Shown here in pieces: positions 49,466-59,984 of a stretch of 64,000 nucleotides of DNA (within the stretch, counting starts at the first letter, position 1; each line of letters begins with the position of its first letter). A model generated the notes under the pieces. That model searched no databases. It was not told the origin of the DNA and saw only the letters and a program-made list of their open reading frames with translations. The position numbers were made by a program, and so were the translations under genes. Origin of the DNA: Sulfurospirillaceae bacterium (GTDB lineage Bacteria; Campylobacterota; Campylobacteria; Campylobacterales; Sulfurospirillaceae); NCBI GenBank assembly GCA_033723415.1, contig JAWVXD010000007.1, positions 32,001 through 96,000 on the forward strand, read 5' to 3'.

Positions 49466-50642
49466 TATGCAACATTTTTTAACACTTATTTCTTCTATAA
49501 CTATAGAAAAACCTTGGGGTATAGATATACCTAATTATTTTTGGTTTACAGGTAGTTCGGCAGCTGCTTTCATTATATCGAGCTTTGCTCATGTATTTGG
49601 ATGGAAAAAATATAAACCAATAGCCGGAGTCTCTTTACTGATGGCTTTTGTTCTCTTGGTCGCAGCACCGCTGAATCTCATCGATGATCTAAGACAACCG
49701 GGCAGAATTCTAAACTTTTTTATGTACGGTTGGGAAGATTTTCCGACTTCACCTATGAAATGGGGTGTTTTACTACTTATGGCCTATCCGATACTGATAT
49801 TCTTTGAAGCACAGGCGATGTATCGTATCTATTTTGTAAAAAAAGCACAAACAAGTAGCGGTCTATCAAAAGTTTTCAATTCCTTGTTTACATTCGGCAA
49901 TATGGATCTCAGTGAAGAAGCCATAGAAAAAGACCATAAAAAAGGCTTTATCTTAGGCGCGGTCGGTATCCCTTTAGCCTTGGCGGTTCACGGATACACC
50001 GGATATATCTTAGGTGCCGTACATGCCAATGTCATGTGGCATACACCGCTTATGCCGATCATCTTTTTGGCTTCTGCTATGGTTTCGGGGACGGGACTGC
50101 TTGTCATCTTGATCCCTCTTTTCCAAAGATTCTTATCTGAACGCAAAAAGGTCGATACAGAAATGGTAGCGACTTTGGCAAAACTTTTATCTTGGTTCAT
50201 AATCTCTGATCTTGTCATGAGATTTTTATGGTTGACTTTTTCTTTGACATTTGCAAATGGAGAAAAATACGCCCTCTACCAATACTTTAGTTTACACTTT
50301 GAAGATACTCTTTGGATCGATTACGTATTATGCCTATTCGTACCGCTGGTCATAGGTTTTACAAAACTTAGGAACATCCCTATCGTCGTCTATTTTGGCG
50401 GTTTGGTCACAGCGATCGGTGTTTGGATTTTTAGGTGGAATACCGTTATCGGCGGACAAGAGATACCTCGCACGACTCCGGGATTTTCACATTACACCCC
50501 ACCTCTATTTGGACAAGACAGCATCATATCCGTACTTTCAAATTGGGGTATTTTGTTTGCTCTTATTTGTGCCGTGTTATTGGTGTTTCCTTGGGATGAA
50601 GAGATGAAAGATTGTTATGAAGGAGTAGAAAATGCAAGATAG
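49458..50642 (+). CDS. NrfD/PsrC-family membrane anchor (TtrC role)
   Basis: PWGIDIPNYFW, DLRQPGR, SPMKWG; multiple TMs. Confidence 0.85.
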   Translation: MDNMQHFLTLISSITIEKPWGIDIPNYFWFTGSSAAAFIISSFAHVFGWKKYKPIAGVSLLMAFVLLVAAPLNLIDDLRQPGRILNFFMYGWEDFPTSPMKWGVLLLMAYPILIFFEAQAMYRIYFVKKAQTSSGLSKVFNSLFTFGNMDLSEEAIEKDHKKGFILGAVGIPLALAVHGYTGYILGAVHANVMWHTPLMPIIFLASAMVSGTGLLVILIPLFQRFLSERKKVDTEMVATLAKLLSWFIISDLVMRFLWLTFSLTFANGEKYALYQYFSLHFEDTLWIDYVLCLFVPLVIGFTKLRNIPIVVYFGGLVTAIGVWIFRWNTVIGGQEIPRTTPGFSHYTPPLFGQDSIISVLSNWGILFALICAVLLVFPWDEEMKDCYEGVENAR

Positions 50643-53600
50643 TAGAAGAAAATTTTTATTGGGCTCAGGTGCAATTGTAGCTGCTGCTTCGGTTGCCGGA
50701 TACAAAGAAACACTCGGTGCCGTAGCTACGCTTTCAAGCAAAGGTGAAAAAGCCAAAGACAGTATCTATTTTAATTCAGCACCGGCTGAGTACAGTTTAT
50801 TAAATAAAAAATTTATGCAAAACCAAGATTTCAAAGTGGTACCTACAACGTGTATCGGCTGTACGACACAATGCGGTGTCAGGATCAAGGTCGATAAAAA
50901 GACGGATAAGGTCGTGAGAGTGTTGGGAAATCCTTACAATCTTCTTTCCACAAATCCTTGGCTTCCTTATCATACGAGCATAAAAGACAGCTATAAAACA
51001 CTATCTCAAAGCGGAAATTTTGAAACATTTAGATCCAATGTCTGTGCGAGAGGTAATGCCGTTTTTGATAAAATTTATGCAAAGAACCGTGTACTTAAAC
51101 CGCTAAAGCGTGTCGGTAAAAGAGGTGAAAACAGATGGAAAGAGATGGATATAGATGAACTCATCACCGAAATCGTAAACGGTGGAAATCTTTTTGGCGA
51201 AGGTAACGTCAAAGGATTAAAAGACATCAGAGATATCAAGACGCCGATCAATCCAGCCGAGCCCTCTTTTGGACCGAAATCAAATGGACTGTGCGTTATC
51301 GGAACCACACACGAAGGAAGAGCAATACCGTTTATCCATAGATTTATGATGTCATTTGGGAGCATGAATTTCACAGGGCATACTGCAATATGTGGACTTT
51401 CAATGAGAGCCGGAGAGGCAGCATTTCTAGGTGATTTCAAAAAATACCCGCACTTAAAACCTGATTTTGAAAATACCAGATATCTGCTGAGTATCGGAAC
51501 ACCTCCCGGACAAGCGGGGAATCCTTTTAAAAGACAAGGCAAACTATTAGCTCATGCAAGAAGCGAGGGTGATATAGAATACACTATCGTATCTCCTATG
51601 CAAGGGAATAGCGACACGATAGCAGTCGGTGGTAAAAGCAGCTGGATTCCGATAATCCCGGGTACTGATCTGGCTTTTGTCATGGGTCTTTTACAAATCA
51701 TTATCAATAACAAACTCTATAATGAAAAATATCTCTCGATTCCATCAGCCAAAGCGATGAAAGCACAAAATGAGCCTTCTTGGACCAATGCTTCTCATCT
51801 GATCATCCAAGACAAAGAAGGCAATGGCAAGATACTAAAGGATAAAAATATTCCTTTCGTTTTGGATGCGAGTGACAATAAGCTTAAATCTTCAAATGAA
51901 GTATTACAAGCTGTTCTTGACTACAAAGGAAGTGTCGAACTTAACGGCAAGACTTACAATGTCAGAACATCATTTAATGAACTTAAAGAGAATGCAAACG
52001 AATTAGCCTTGGATCAATACTCTAAAGAGTGCGGTGTCAGTGTAGAGAAGATGAAAGAAGTTGCCAAAAAATTTACTTCCTTCGGTAGACGCGCAAGTGT
52101 TGATTGTCATGGCGGTACTATGCATACGACCGGATTTTATACCTCGTATGCAATTATGATGCTTGGAGCTATGATCGGAAACCTCAACTATAAAGGCGGT
52201 ATGAGCAGCGGTGGTGGAGCTTACAAGGATTTTGTAGGCAAACAATACAATCTTTTTGCATACAAAGGAAAAGTAAAAGTTCACGGCGCGAGGATGGATC
52301 GAACCAGAAGACCATATGAAAGTACCAATGAGTACAAAAACAAAGTAGCCAAAGGAGAAAATCCCTATCCGGCCAAAGATACTTGGTATCCATTTACTAA
52401 TGCGCTAGAAAGTGAATTTATCACAAATAGCTTCAAAGGTTATCCTTATAAAATGGATGCTTTGATATCATTTAACTCGAACTTTATATATGGAACTGCC
52501 GGAGGAGAAACACAGATAAAAGAGTTGATCAAGGACCCAAAAAAAGCCGTGCCTCTCTTTATAGCTATCGATCCGTTTATCAATGAATCTTCTATCTATG
52601 CAGATTACATCATCCCAGATTCCGTTATGTACGAAACTTGGGGAGTCGTTCATGCCTGGGCAGCTTATCAGACAAAGATAAATACACTCAGATTTCCTGC
52701 CGTAAAACCAAGACAAGACACATTTAAAAACGGTGAACCTATTGAAATGCTTAGTTTTATCATCGCTTTGGGCAAAAAGATGAACCTTCCTGGCTTTGGT
52801 GAAAAAGCAATCAAAGGAAATGACGGCAAACTTTATCCATTTGACAAGGCGGAGGATTTCTATCTGAGAGCATTTGAGAATATTGCAATGGACGGCAAAC
52901 CGGTACCGGATGCCAGTGATGAAGAGATCAAGCTCTCCGGTATTGAACAATTTGTACCTTCACTCAAAAAGATCTGTAAAGAAAACTGGAGAAAGACTGC
53001 ATATGTCATGGCAAGAGGCGGCAGATACGAGGATTTTGAAAAAAGTTATGATGGAGAATTTACATCACACAAATATAATAAACCTGTACAGATATACAAT
53101 GAGGCATTAGGAACTTCAAAAAATTCTCTTAGCGGTGAATCTTATAGTGGAACAGTTAAGTTTTTCAAACAAAGAAGTGCTGCAGGAGCGACATATGAAA
53201 AGCTGTTCCCAAAAGCAAAGTTTCCGCTAATAGCATTTTCATATAAATCAAATGTCCTCTCGACTCCAAATACCTCAAGTACTAACTTGAAAGAGATCAG
53301 ATATACGACATACGTGGATATAAATCCAAAGACGGCAGAAAAGTTTGGGTTAAAGCATGGTGATTATGTGAAAGTTGCTTCTCATGATGGAAATACTGAG
53401 GGATATTTGAGATTAAGACACGGTGTACATCCTGATACTATAGGTGTAGAGCAAGGTGACGGAAGAAGAGCCGAGGGTGCAATAGACATCGAGATCAACG
53501 GGAAAGTGACTAAAGGTCTGATCTCACGTAAAACAGGTGTTTATTACAATAAACTAGGACTCAGAGATACTAGTCGAAAAGAAGCTATTGCAACTGATTT

Positions 53601-53658
53601 TGCTTGTGGTTCTGCTGCTAGACAAGCGATACCTGTCAGTATAACAAAGCTTAGTTAA
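50632..53658 (+). CDS. ttrA: Molybdopterin oxidoreductase catalytic subunit, TtrA/SrdA clade
   Basis: Tat SRRKFL; CIGCTTQC...CARG; GNPY; GHTAICGLSMRAG; HLKPD; HGG. Confidence 0.75.
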   Translation: MQDSRRKFLLGSGAIVAAASVAGYKETLGAVATLSSKGEKAKDSIYFNSAPAEYSLLNKKFMQNQDFKVVPTTCIGCTTQCGVRIKVDKKTDKVVRVLGNPYNLLSTNPWLPYHTSIKDSYKTLSQSGNFETFRSNVCARGNAVFDKIYAKNRVLKPLKRVGKRGENRWKEMDIDELITEIVNGGNLFGEGNVKGLKDIRDIKTPINPAEPSFGPKSNGLCVIGTTHEGRAIPFIHRFMMSFGSMNFTGHTAICGLSMRAGEAAFLGDFKKYPHLKPDFENTRYLLSIGTPPGQAGNPFKRQGKLLAHARSEGDIEYTIVSPMQGNSDTIAVGGKSSWIPIIPGTDLAFVMGLLQIIINNKLYNEKYLSIPSAKAMKAQNEPSWTNASHLIIQDKEGNGKILKDKNIPFVLDASDNKLKSSNEVLQAVLDYKGSVELNGKTYNVRTSFNELKENANELALDQYSKECGVSVEKMKEVAKKFTSFGRRASVDCHGGTMHTTGFYTSYAIMMLGAMIGNLNYKGGMSSGGGAYKDFVGKQYNLFAYKGKVKVHGARMDRTRRPYESTNEYKNKVAKGENPYPAKDTWYPFTNALESEFITNSFKGYPYKMDALISFNSNFIYGTAGGETQIKELIKDPKKAVPLFIAIDPFINESSIYADYIIPDSVMYETWGVVHAWAAYQTKINTLRFPAVKPRQDTFKNGEPIEMLSFIIALGKKMNLPGFGEKAIKGNDGKLYPFDKAEDFYLRAFENIAMDGKPVPDASDEEIKLSGIEQFVPSLKKICKENWRKTAYVMARGGRYEDFEKSYDGEFTSHKYNKPVQIYNEALGTSKNSLSGESYSGTVKFFKQRSAAGATYEKLFPKAKFPLIAFSYKSNVLSTPNTSSTNLKEIRYTTYVDINPKTAEKFGLKHGDYVKVASHDGNTEGYLRLRHGVHPDTIGVEQGDGRRAEGAIDIEINGKVTKGLISRKTGVYYNKLGLRDTSRKEAIATDFACGSAARQAIPVSITKLS

Positions 53659-53667
53659 GTATTGAAT

Positions 53668-53704
53668 AACTAGCATATCAAGGCCTGAGCTTGATATGCT
53701 AGTT
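53668..53704. terminator. Bidirectional intrinsic terminator
   Basis: AACTAGCATATCAAG-gcctgag-CTTGATATGCTAGTT, 15-bp stem. Confidence 0.85.
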
Positions 53705-53709
53705 TTAAT

Positions 53710-54093
53710 TTACCAACCTCTTACTATTGTATGGCAAGCCAGACAATTATTCATAACATTTGCATAAGATTTTGTTGCATCTGCGTATTTTTTATTTTCA
53801 ATATTGCTTTTTAACTCTTTTAAATTATGTTGCAAATTTGCATTAATATTTTTAGTTACTTGAATTTTATTATTGTGTGGAATAAAAACACTGACATCTA
53901 CTTTTTTGAAAATTGCATTTGAATTTTCCAATAGATCTATACCTTGTAAAATATTTTTTTCATTATTGTGCATAAATCCGGATTGAACCTCATTTAACCC
54001 TTGATACATCAAGCTCATAGTAGCTGTTATTGTTGTATTGTTTGCTAGTGCAAACACCGAACTAATCGCTAGTGCCAAAACTGTCTTTTTCAT
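53710..54093 (-). CDS. Periplasmic class II (cytochrome c'-like) cytochrome c
   Basis: Sec signal; helical; C-terminal CLACH. Confidence 0.8.
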   Translation of the reverse strand: MKKTVLALAISSVFALANNTTITATMSLMYQGLNEVQSGFMHNNEKNILQGIDLLENSNAIFKKVDVSVFIPHNNKIQVTKNINANLQHNLKELKSNIENKKYADATKSYANVMNNCLACHTIVRGW

Positions 54094-54228
54094 TTGCCCT
54101 CCAAATTTAGATTTTTCTTAATAAGCGTTCATATTACACTATTAAATATTAACAAATAATAAAATTGTCACAACTTATTTTTATTATTACAATATCGACT
54201 ATATAGAATTTAGTTTTGTTACAAAATT

Positions 54229-55479
54229 TCAACTATATATGCCAAAGCCTATGGTTGCAAGGCCAAGGAGCAATAGCCACAAGAAGGAGTGTAGCGTCTT
54301 TTTAAAGCCGCCAAACCATAAAGCATATACGGCTTTTAATATATTGTTGCTACCGACAGATATCACGATTGCCGTATATATTTCATGAGCGCTGATAGCA
54401 TATTTACCGTTTAGCAAAGATAAGACAAATGGATCTATATCAGTAAAACCTACTATGAAAGAAAGAAATTTCAAACCGGTGATACCGCTATGAGTTAAAA
54501 CAAAATGAGTAGCTACCATCATAAAAAGGAAAAGTATTGCAAATATAAAAGCCGTTCCTAACTCCAAAGGATTTTTATCTTCCATAGTCAATGTTTCTGC
54601 TGTCTCATTTTTAGATCTGTAGTATATTAAAGCGATCATAAAACTCAAAATCGCAAAAATTAGAAATGGCAAATATATAAATTTTGCTATCTCAAAATTA
54701 AATATGAATGAAATTGCTATCAATCTGAGATACATCATAGAAGTTGCTCCTATGATCGATGCTGTTATCATTGGATCCACACCAATTTTTTTGCTTTTTT
54801 TCGCAAGTACCACCGTAGTTGCCGTTGATGAATATATCCCGCCTATGAGTCCTGTCAGGAACAAACCTTTTGATTGGAAGATGTATTTTTGCGCAATATA
54901 ACCACCATATGATATACCGGATATGACAACGACGGAGAGCCAAATTTTAAAAGGAGAAAGAGGAACATAAGGTATGACATTTTTAGTAGGTAATAGTGGA
55001 AGTATAACAGCAGAAAGCAGAACCATCTTTCCAAGTGTTTCAAATTCGTATGCATCTACTCCCGTTGTAAAATTCAAAATACTCTGCTTTGCATTTAAGA
55101 CAAACACGATCAAAACGAATACTAAAGAACTCATCCAAAGAGGGTACATATCTGTCATAGGACCAAAAGTATAAACAAGCAACATAACGATATATAGCAA
55201 AATACTATGCTTACCGTTTGCAAGAGCTTTGTTATAAAACAGCATATAAAGCATAGTGAAGCCTAGCATTCCCACTATATATACACTCAAATAATCAACA
55301 TCTATCTTATAAAATATAAAACCCAATATACCAATAAATGTAAATGTTCTAGCCGTTCCCATAAAATACTGCGTTGATTCACTGTGAAACTTCAATCTAT
55401 ACGCTTTTATTTCAAGCCCGATTAGAAAACTAAATACAACAGTTAATGCAAAGTGTGTCAAATCTGAATTAAAAGTCAT
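54229..55479 (-). CDS. MgtC/SapB-DUF4010 membrane protein
   Basis: LIGLE..GTARTF; GGIYSSTATT; NPLEL; GFTDIDP. Confidence 0.88.
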   Translation of the reverse strand: MTFNSDLTHFALTVVFSFLIGLEIKAYRLKFHSESTQYFMGTARTFTFIGILGFIFYKIDVDYLSVYIVGMLGFTMLYMLFYNKALANGKHSILLYIVMLLVYTFGPMTDMYPLWMSSLVFVLIVFVLNAKQSILNFTTGVDAYEFETLGKMVLLSAVILPLLPTKNVIPYVPLSPFKIWLSVVVISGISYGGYIAQKYIFQSKGLFLTGLIGGIYSSTATTVVLAKKSKKIGVDPMITASIIGATSMMYLRLIAISFIFNFEIAKFIYLPFLIFAILSFMIALIYYRSKNETAETLTMEDKNPLELGTAFIFAILFLFMMVATHFVLTHSGITGLKFLSFIVGFTDIDPFVLSLLNGKYAISAHEIYTAIVISVGSNNILKAVYALWFGGFKKTLHSFLWLLLLGLATIGFGIYS

Positions 55480-56234
55480 TTTGATATTAGTCCTTTTTCA
55501 TAACATATAGGATCAAACATACAAACTACGTCATGATCATATACCAACAGTTTGTCATCTTTTCCCTCATAATCTACATGGCTCAAAAAGTGTTTAATTG
55601 TATTGATTCTTGCATCTCTTTTATCGTCTGTATGCACTATATACCAAGGAGCAAAAACAAAAGATGTTTTTTCAAACATTTCATCTCTGGTCTTTGAGTA
55701 TTCATTCCAATATTTTTGCGACTGCTCATCGATCGAGCTTAATTTCCACTGCTTTAGAGGATCTTCTCTCCTGTCTTCCAAGCGCTTTTTTTGTTCATGT
55801 TTTGAAATATCAAGATAATACTTAAAGAAAATCATTCCAGAGTGTGTCAACATATGTTCAAAACTGCCGACTTCCTCTAAAAATCTTTTTTGATCTCTTT
55901 TGCTGGAAAAGCCCATCACCTTTTCTACTCCGGCTCGATTGTACCAACTTCTATTAAAAAAAACTATCTCTTGATTACTTGGAAGATGAGGTACAAAACG
56001 TTGAAAATACCAAGATCTTAAATCCTTGCGAGAGGGAATGCCAAGGGCAACGATCCTAGCTTCTCTTGGACTTAGATGTTCTATAAATCTTTTGATAACT
56101 CCATCTTTGCCTGCACTATCACGTCCCTCAAAAATGATACAAACTTTTAAGTTTTTTTTGATGATCTCTTTTTGAAATTTTACAAGTTGAACTTGTAAAT
56201 CATACAACTCTTTTTTATATCTGCTCTTTTCCAT
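55476..56234 (-). CDS. ppk2: Polyphosphate kinase 2
   Basis: FEGRDSAGKDG, FNRSWYNRAGVE, PLKQWKLS. Confidence 0.95.
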   Translation of the reverse strand: MEKSRYKKELYDLQVQLVKFQKEIIKKNLKVCIIFEGRDSAGKDGVIKRFIEHLSPREARIVALGIPSRKDLRSWYFQRFVPHLPSNQEIVFFNRSWYNRAGVEKVMGFSSKRDQKRFLEEVGSFEHMLTHSGMIFFKYYLDISKHEQKKRLEDRREDPLKQWKLSSIDEQSQKYWNEYSKTRDEMFEKTSFVFAPWYIVHTDDKRDARINTIKHFLSHVDYEGKDDKLLVYDHDVVCMFDPICYEKGLISK

Positions 56235-56285
56235 AGAGAACCTCCCAGCTTAAATTATATTTTAATTTGTACCTTCTATATAAAT

Positions 56286-58844
56286 TTATATCGCTTCAAT
56301 ATTATATCTTTTTCTGTAATATTTCAAAACACCCATTTTCACAATATCATTAAACATAAACCAAACAAATGCATATCCCCAAGCTATCAAAACCCACTTG
56401 AAAGAGATAGCAGGTATGAGTCCAAATCCGTACAGTGAGAAAACAGATCCTGCAATGGCACTCAAAATCGATGCACTCAACAGTCTTTTTGACGGAAACG
56501 GTTTTTTAAAAAACCAATCATCTATACGGGTATTAAACAGTGTTCCATGCCCTGCTACTATGAGCTTAGTAAAAAATATACTTTGTATCAAATTCAAAGG
56601 CAGATGCAAGATAGACATCAATATCCAAAACAATACAAAAGACGACAATACCCCTGCCAAACCAAGCCATGATGATAGTATAAAAACTTCTTTGACATCC
56701 CATCTCACCGGTTTTTCTCTAGCTTTTGTATTATCATAGGCGATGGTCATGATAGGGATGTCGTTTAGTAGTGCCAGCAAGATAATCATTACAGCCGTCA
56801 ATGGATAAAAATTGTAAATGACGATTGCTAATGTCATGAAGATAATCACACGGATAGTCTCTGCAATTCGGTAGATCGTATAGCTTTTCATACGTTCAAA
56901 GATCTCCCTGGCGATCGTGATAGCTTCAATGATCACACCAAGCCCCGGAGCTAACAGCACGATATCGGCACTCGCTCTTGCTGCATCGGTTGCACCGCTC
57001 ACCGCAATACCGCAATCTGCTTTTTTGAGTGCGGGTGCATCATTGACTCCATCACCAGTCATCCCTACGATATGATTGGCTTTTTGTAGTTTGTCAACGA
57101 TAAAGTATTTGTCTTCAGGAAAGACTTGGGCAAAACCATCCGCCTTTTCTATGAGTTCTACGATTTCGGATTCATGTTTTTTGACGGCTCCTTTCGGAAT
57201 CGGCATATTGTAAAGTTCTTTTTGCACTTTTTGCATGATTTCTTTGACGATTCCATCCACCTCTTCTTTCGTAGCATTCGTATGATTGGATTCTGTGATT
57301 GCCTGTGCTATAACTTTTGAAAGATATAGATACTCTTCAATAGATTCTCCATTCAAAGTGTGCATATTTTCGATCTTCTCGCCGATTCCCAGGATGCTTG
57401 AGATGTATTTTGCCACGGCACTGTTGTCGCCGGTCACCATTTTAACATCAACGCCTTTTGCCTGAGCCTCTTGGATCGATTGTTTTGAATCAGTACGAGG
57501 AGGATCAAAAAGCGGGATTAACCCGACAAAATGATAGATCTCTTCTTCTCCGTTTCGATATGCAACACCCAATGTTCTAAAACCTTTGGATGCAAATATT
57601 TCGACCTCTTGATATGCTTTTGATTTATCAAACTCTTTATCGTCACACTGTTCTATGATGATCTGAGGTGCGCCTTTTGTTAGGACAAATTCACGATTAG
57701 ATCCATCATAAATTCCCTCGGTTCTTTTATGAACAGGATCAAACGGCAAGAACTTCTTCATCTTGTAAGATGCAAATTTTTCCCTGAGTTCATTTTTATC
57801 AATATAGTCAAATATCGGAGCTTCTATCGGATCTTTATTCTCTTCTTTGCTTGAGAGTGCCGCATAAAGCATCAGATCTTCCTCGGTAAAATCATTGACA
57901 AGATATGACTCACTCAGCGACATTTTGTTTTGTGTCAAGGTTCCTGTTTTATCAGAACACAGTATCGTCATGCCTGCCAACTCTTCTATGGAAGCCAAGC
58001 GACTGACGATCACCTCTTTTGCCGAAAGCACTCTGGCACCTATCGCCATGGTAACGGTCAAAACTGCGGGCATTGCTACTGGAATCGCAGAGATGGTCAA
58101 CACCAAAGCAAAGATCAATAGCTCGACCGGAGGTTCATGAGCTCTTATCCCGTGAAATAGGATTATCGCAATCATCACTAATGTTAAAATGATCAGAAAA
58201 TTACCGACTTTAAGCACCATCTTTTGGAAGTGACTGATCTCTTCTCTTTGTGCTTTTGCAACCAATCCCACGGTCTTCCCAAAATAGGTATTTTTACCGG
58301 TTGCCGTTACTTGTGCTAGCATTTCGCCTTGTTTTATGATCGCATTGGCATACAGTGCATCACCGCTTTTTTTATGTACGGGAAGCGATTCTCCGGTGAG
58401 TGCGGATTGATCTACGAGAAGAAATTCATCTTCTCCCAGCATAATCACGTCTGCTGGAACAATGTCACCGATCTTTAATTTTATAATATCTTTCGGGACG
58501 ACATTTTTAGCATCAATAGATTGCCACTTACCGTCTCTTAAGACTAAAGCCCTCCTCGCCAATTTATTTTTAAGTACTGAAATAGCACTGAGAGCTTTTG
58601 CTTCTTGATAAAAATCTACTATTGCATTTACTAACAACAGCAATCCGATAATTGCGAAATCCTCCCATTTTTTGGCAATTGCAGAAAGAATAAATGCGGC
58701 TTCTATCATCCATGGGATCGGGCCCCAAAATCTTCTAAAAAGCCTATGTTGCCAACTTTCTGATTTTTCATCAATAGCATTTGGTCCGAATTCTTTCAAT
58801 AATTCATAAACTTGAGAAGAAGAAAGTCCTTTTGCACTTAACAT
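56286..58844 (-). CDS. P3A-type plasma-membrane H+-efflux P-type ATPase
   Basis: FWGPIPWMIE, LTGES, IPVAMP, CSDKTGTLT, KGAP, TGDGVNDAP, ALLND. Confidence 0.93.
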   Translation of the reverse strand: MLSAKGLSSSQVYELLKEFGPNAIDEKSESWQHRLFRRFWGPIPWMIEAAFILSAIAKKWEDFAIIGLLLLVNAIVDFYQEAKALSAISVLKNKLARRALVLRDGKWQSIDAKNVVPKDIIKLKIGDIVPADVIMLGEDEFLLVDQSALTGESLPVHKKSGDALYANAIIKQGEMLAQVTATGKNTYFGKTVGLVAKAQREEISHFQKMVLKVGNFLIILTLVMIAIILFHGIRAHEPPVELLIFALVLTISAIPVAMPAVLTVTMAIGARVLSAKEVIVSRLASIEELAGMTILCSDKTGTLTQNKMSLSESYLVNDFTEEDLMLYAALSSKEENKDPIEAPIFDYIDKNELREKFASYKMKKFLPFDPVHKRTEGIYDGSNREFVLTKGAPQIIIEQCDDKEFDKSKAYQEVEIFASKGFRTLGVAYRNGEEEIYHFVGLIPLFDPPRTDSKQSIQEAQAKGVDVKMVTGDNSAVAKYISSILGIGEKIENMHTLNGESIEEYLYLSKVIAQAITESNHTNATKEEVDGIVKEIMQKVQKELYNMPIPKGAVKKHESEIVELIEKADGFAQVFPEDKYFIVDKLQKANHIVGMTGDGVNDAPALKKADCGIAVSGATDAARASADIVLLAPGLGVIIEAITIAREIFERMKSYTIYRIAETIRVIIFMTLAIVIYNFYPLTAVMIILLALLNDIPIMTIAYDNTKAREKPVRWDVKEVFILSSWLGLAGVLSSFVLFWILMSILHLPLNLIQSIFFTKLIVAGHGTLFNTRIDDWFFKKPFPSKRLLSASILSAIAGSVFSLYGFGLIPAISFKWVLIAWGYAFVWFMFNDIVKMGVLKYYRKRYNIEAI

Positions 58845-58901
58845 ATGCTACTCCTATTGAAGTTTTCTTTATTTAGTTATATCACTTACGTATTAATAAA
58901 T

Positions 58902-59984
58902 TTAAAACAATTTGCCGATTTTTCTAAATCCGAACCAATAAAGGAAAATCCCTATCATCAATACACCGCTAAAATACGGCAGCAGATCGATCAATGAACT
59001 TCCTCTGAAAAATATACTTTCACTCCCTTCTATATAGTATCTAAGAGGTGAGATAACAGACAGATACCTCAAAAATGGATTCATCGCATAAACCGGTGTC
59101 CATGCACCGCTTAAAAAAATGATCGGCATCATGATAACGATAGAGAGTTGTGCTACCTGTATGATGGATTTTGATATAGAAGCTATAAACAAACCAATAC
59201 CTGCAGTCGTTGCAACATAGCAAAACGTGAGCACGAAAAAACTCAACAATGAGCCATTAAGCGGTATATCAAACTCATGAAACAGAATCAATCCCACACT
59301 TAAAAAAACTCCCATCATTACTATAAATACCTGAGACAAGCTCTTAGCCAAAATGATTATCTTTGGATTTACCGGCATCAAAAGCATGATATCCCAAGTT
59401 CCGCTCTCTTTCTCTTTTACAAATACCATCGCACTTAATATTACCGAAAAAAGAGTTATTACTGAGAGCAGTTCACTTAAAGACATAAAAAGCTTCGTAT
59501 CAGCGTTTTGATTGAAAAGTTTATGGATTTTTAATGTAATCGGAGCATTTGATTTATTGAAGTTCATGACAATATTGCGTATATACGAGATCGCCATAAG
59601 AGACTGCGAGGCTGCTGTACTATCTATCAAGATATTGATCTTTGGATGTTGTGCGTTATAATAATTTTTTTCAAAATCAGCATCAAAGATCAACCCCACC
59701 ATAATCTCTTTATTATAAATCGCTTGACTTAATTCTCTTTGTGATTTAAAATACTTCGGCGTTTTAAACTCTGGTCTGTGAAGATTTGAAATAATTTTTT
59801 TACTGATTCCCTGTGCGCTTTTATCAACTACGGCTACGGCTACATTTTTTGCTTCCACTTCCATACCGTTTCCTGCAACATAAACTTCTGCTGTAAAAAA
59901 ATATACGACCATCAATACCAGCCCAAGGGATCTAAAAAAGCCTAAAATTTCTTTGAAGAATATGGCAAAAAATACTTTCATCAT
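58902..59984 (-). CDS. ABC-2 type exporter permease (YbhR/YhhJ-like)
   Basis: KEKESGT, LSGAWTP, SPLRYY. Confidence 0.9.
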   Translation of the reverse strand: MMKVFFAIFFKEILGFFRSLGLVLMVVYFFTAEVYVAGNGMEVEAKNVAVAVVDKSAQGISKKIISNLHRPEFKTPKYFKSQRELSQAIYNKEIMVGLIFDADFEKNYYNAQHPKINILIDSTAASQSLMAISYIRNIVMNFNKSNAPITLKIHKLFNQNADTKLFMSLSELLSVITLFSVILSAMVFVKEKESGTWDIMLLMPVNPKIIILAKSLSQVFIVMMGVFLSVGLILFHEFDIPLNGSLLSFFVLTFCYVATTAGIGLFIASISKSIIQVAQLSIVIMMPIIFLSGAWTPVYAMNPFLRYLSVISPLRYYIEGSESIFFRGSSLIDLLPYFSGVLMIGIFLYWFGFRKIGKLF

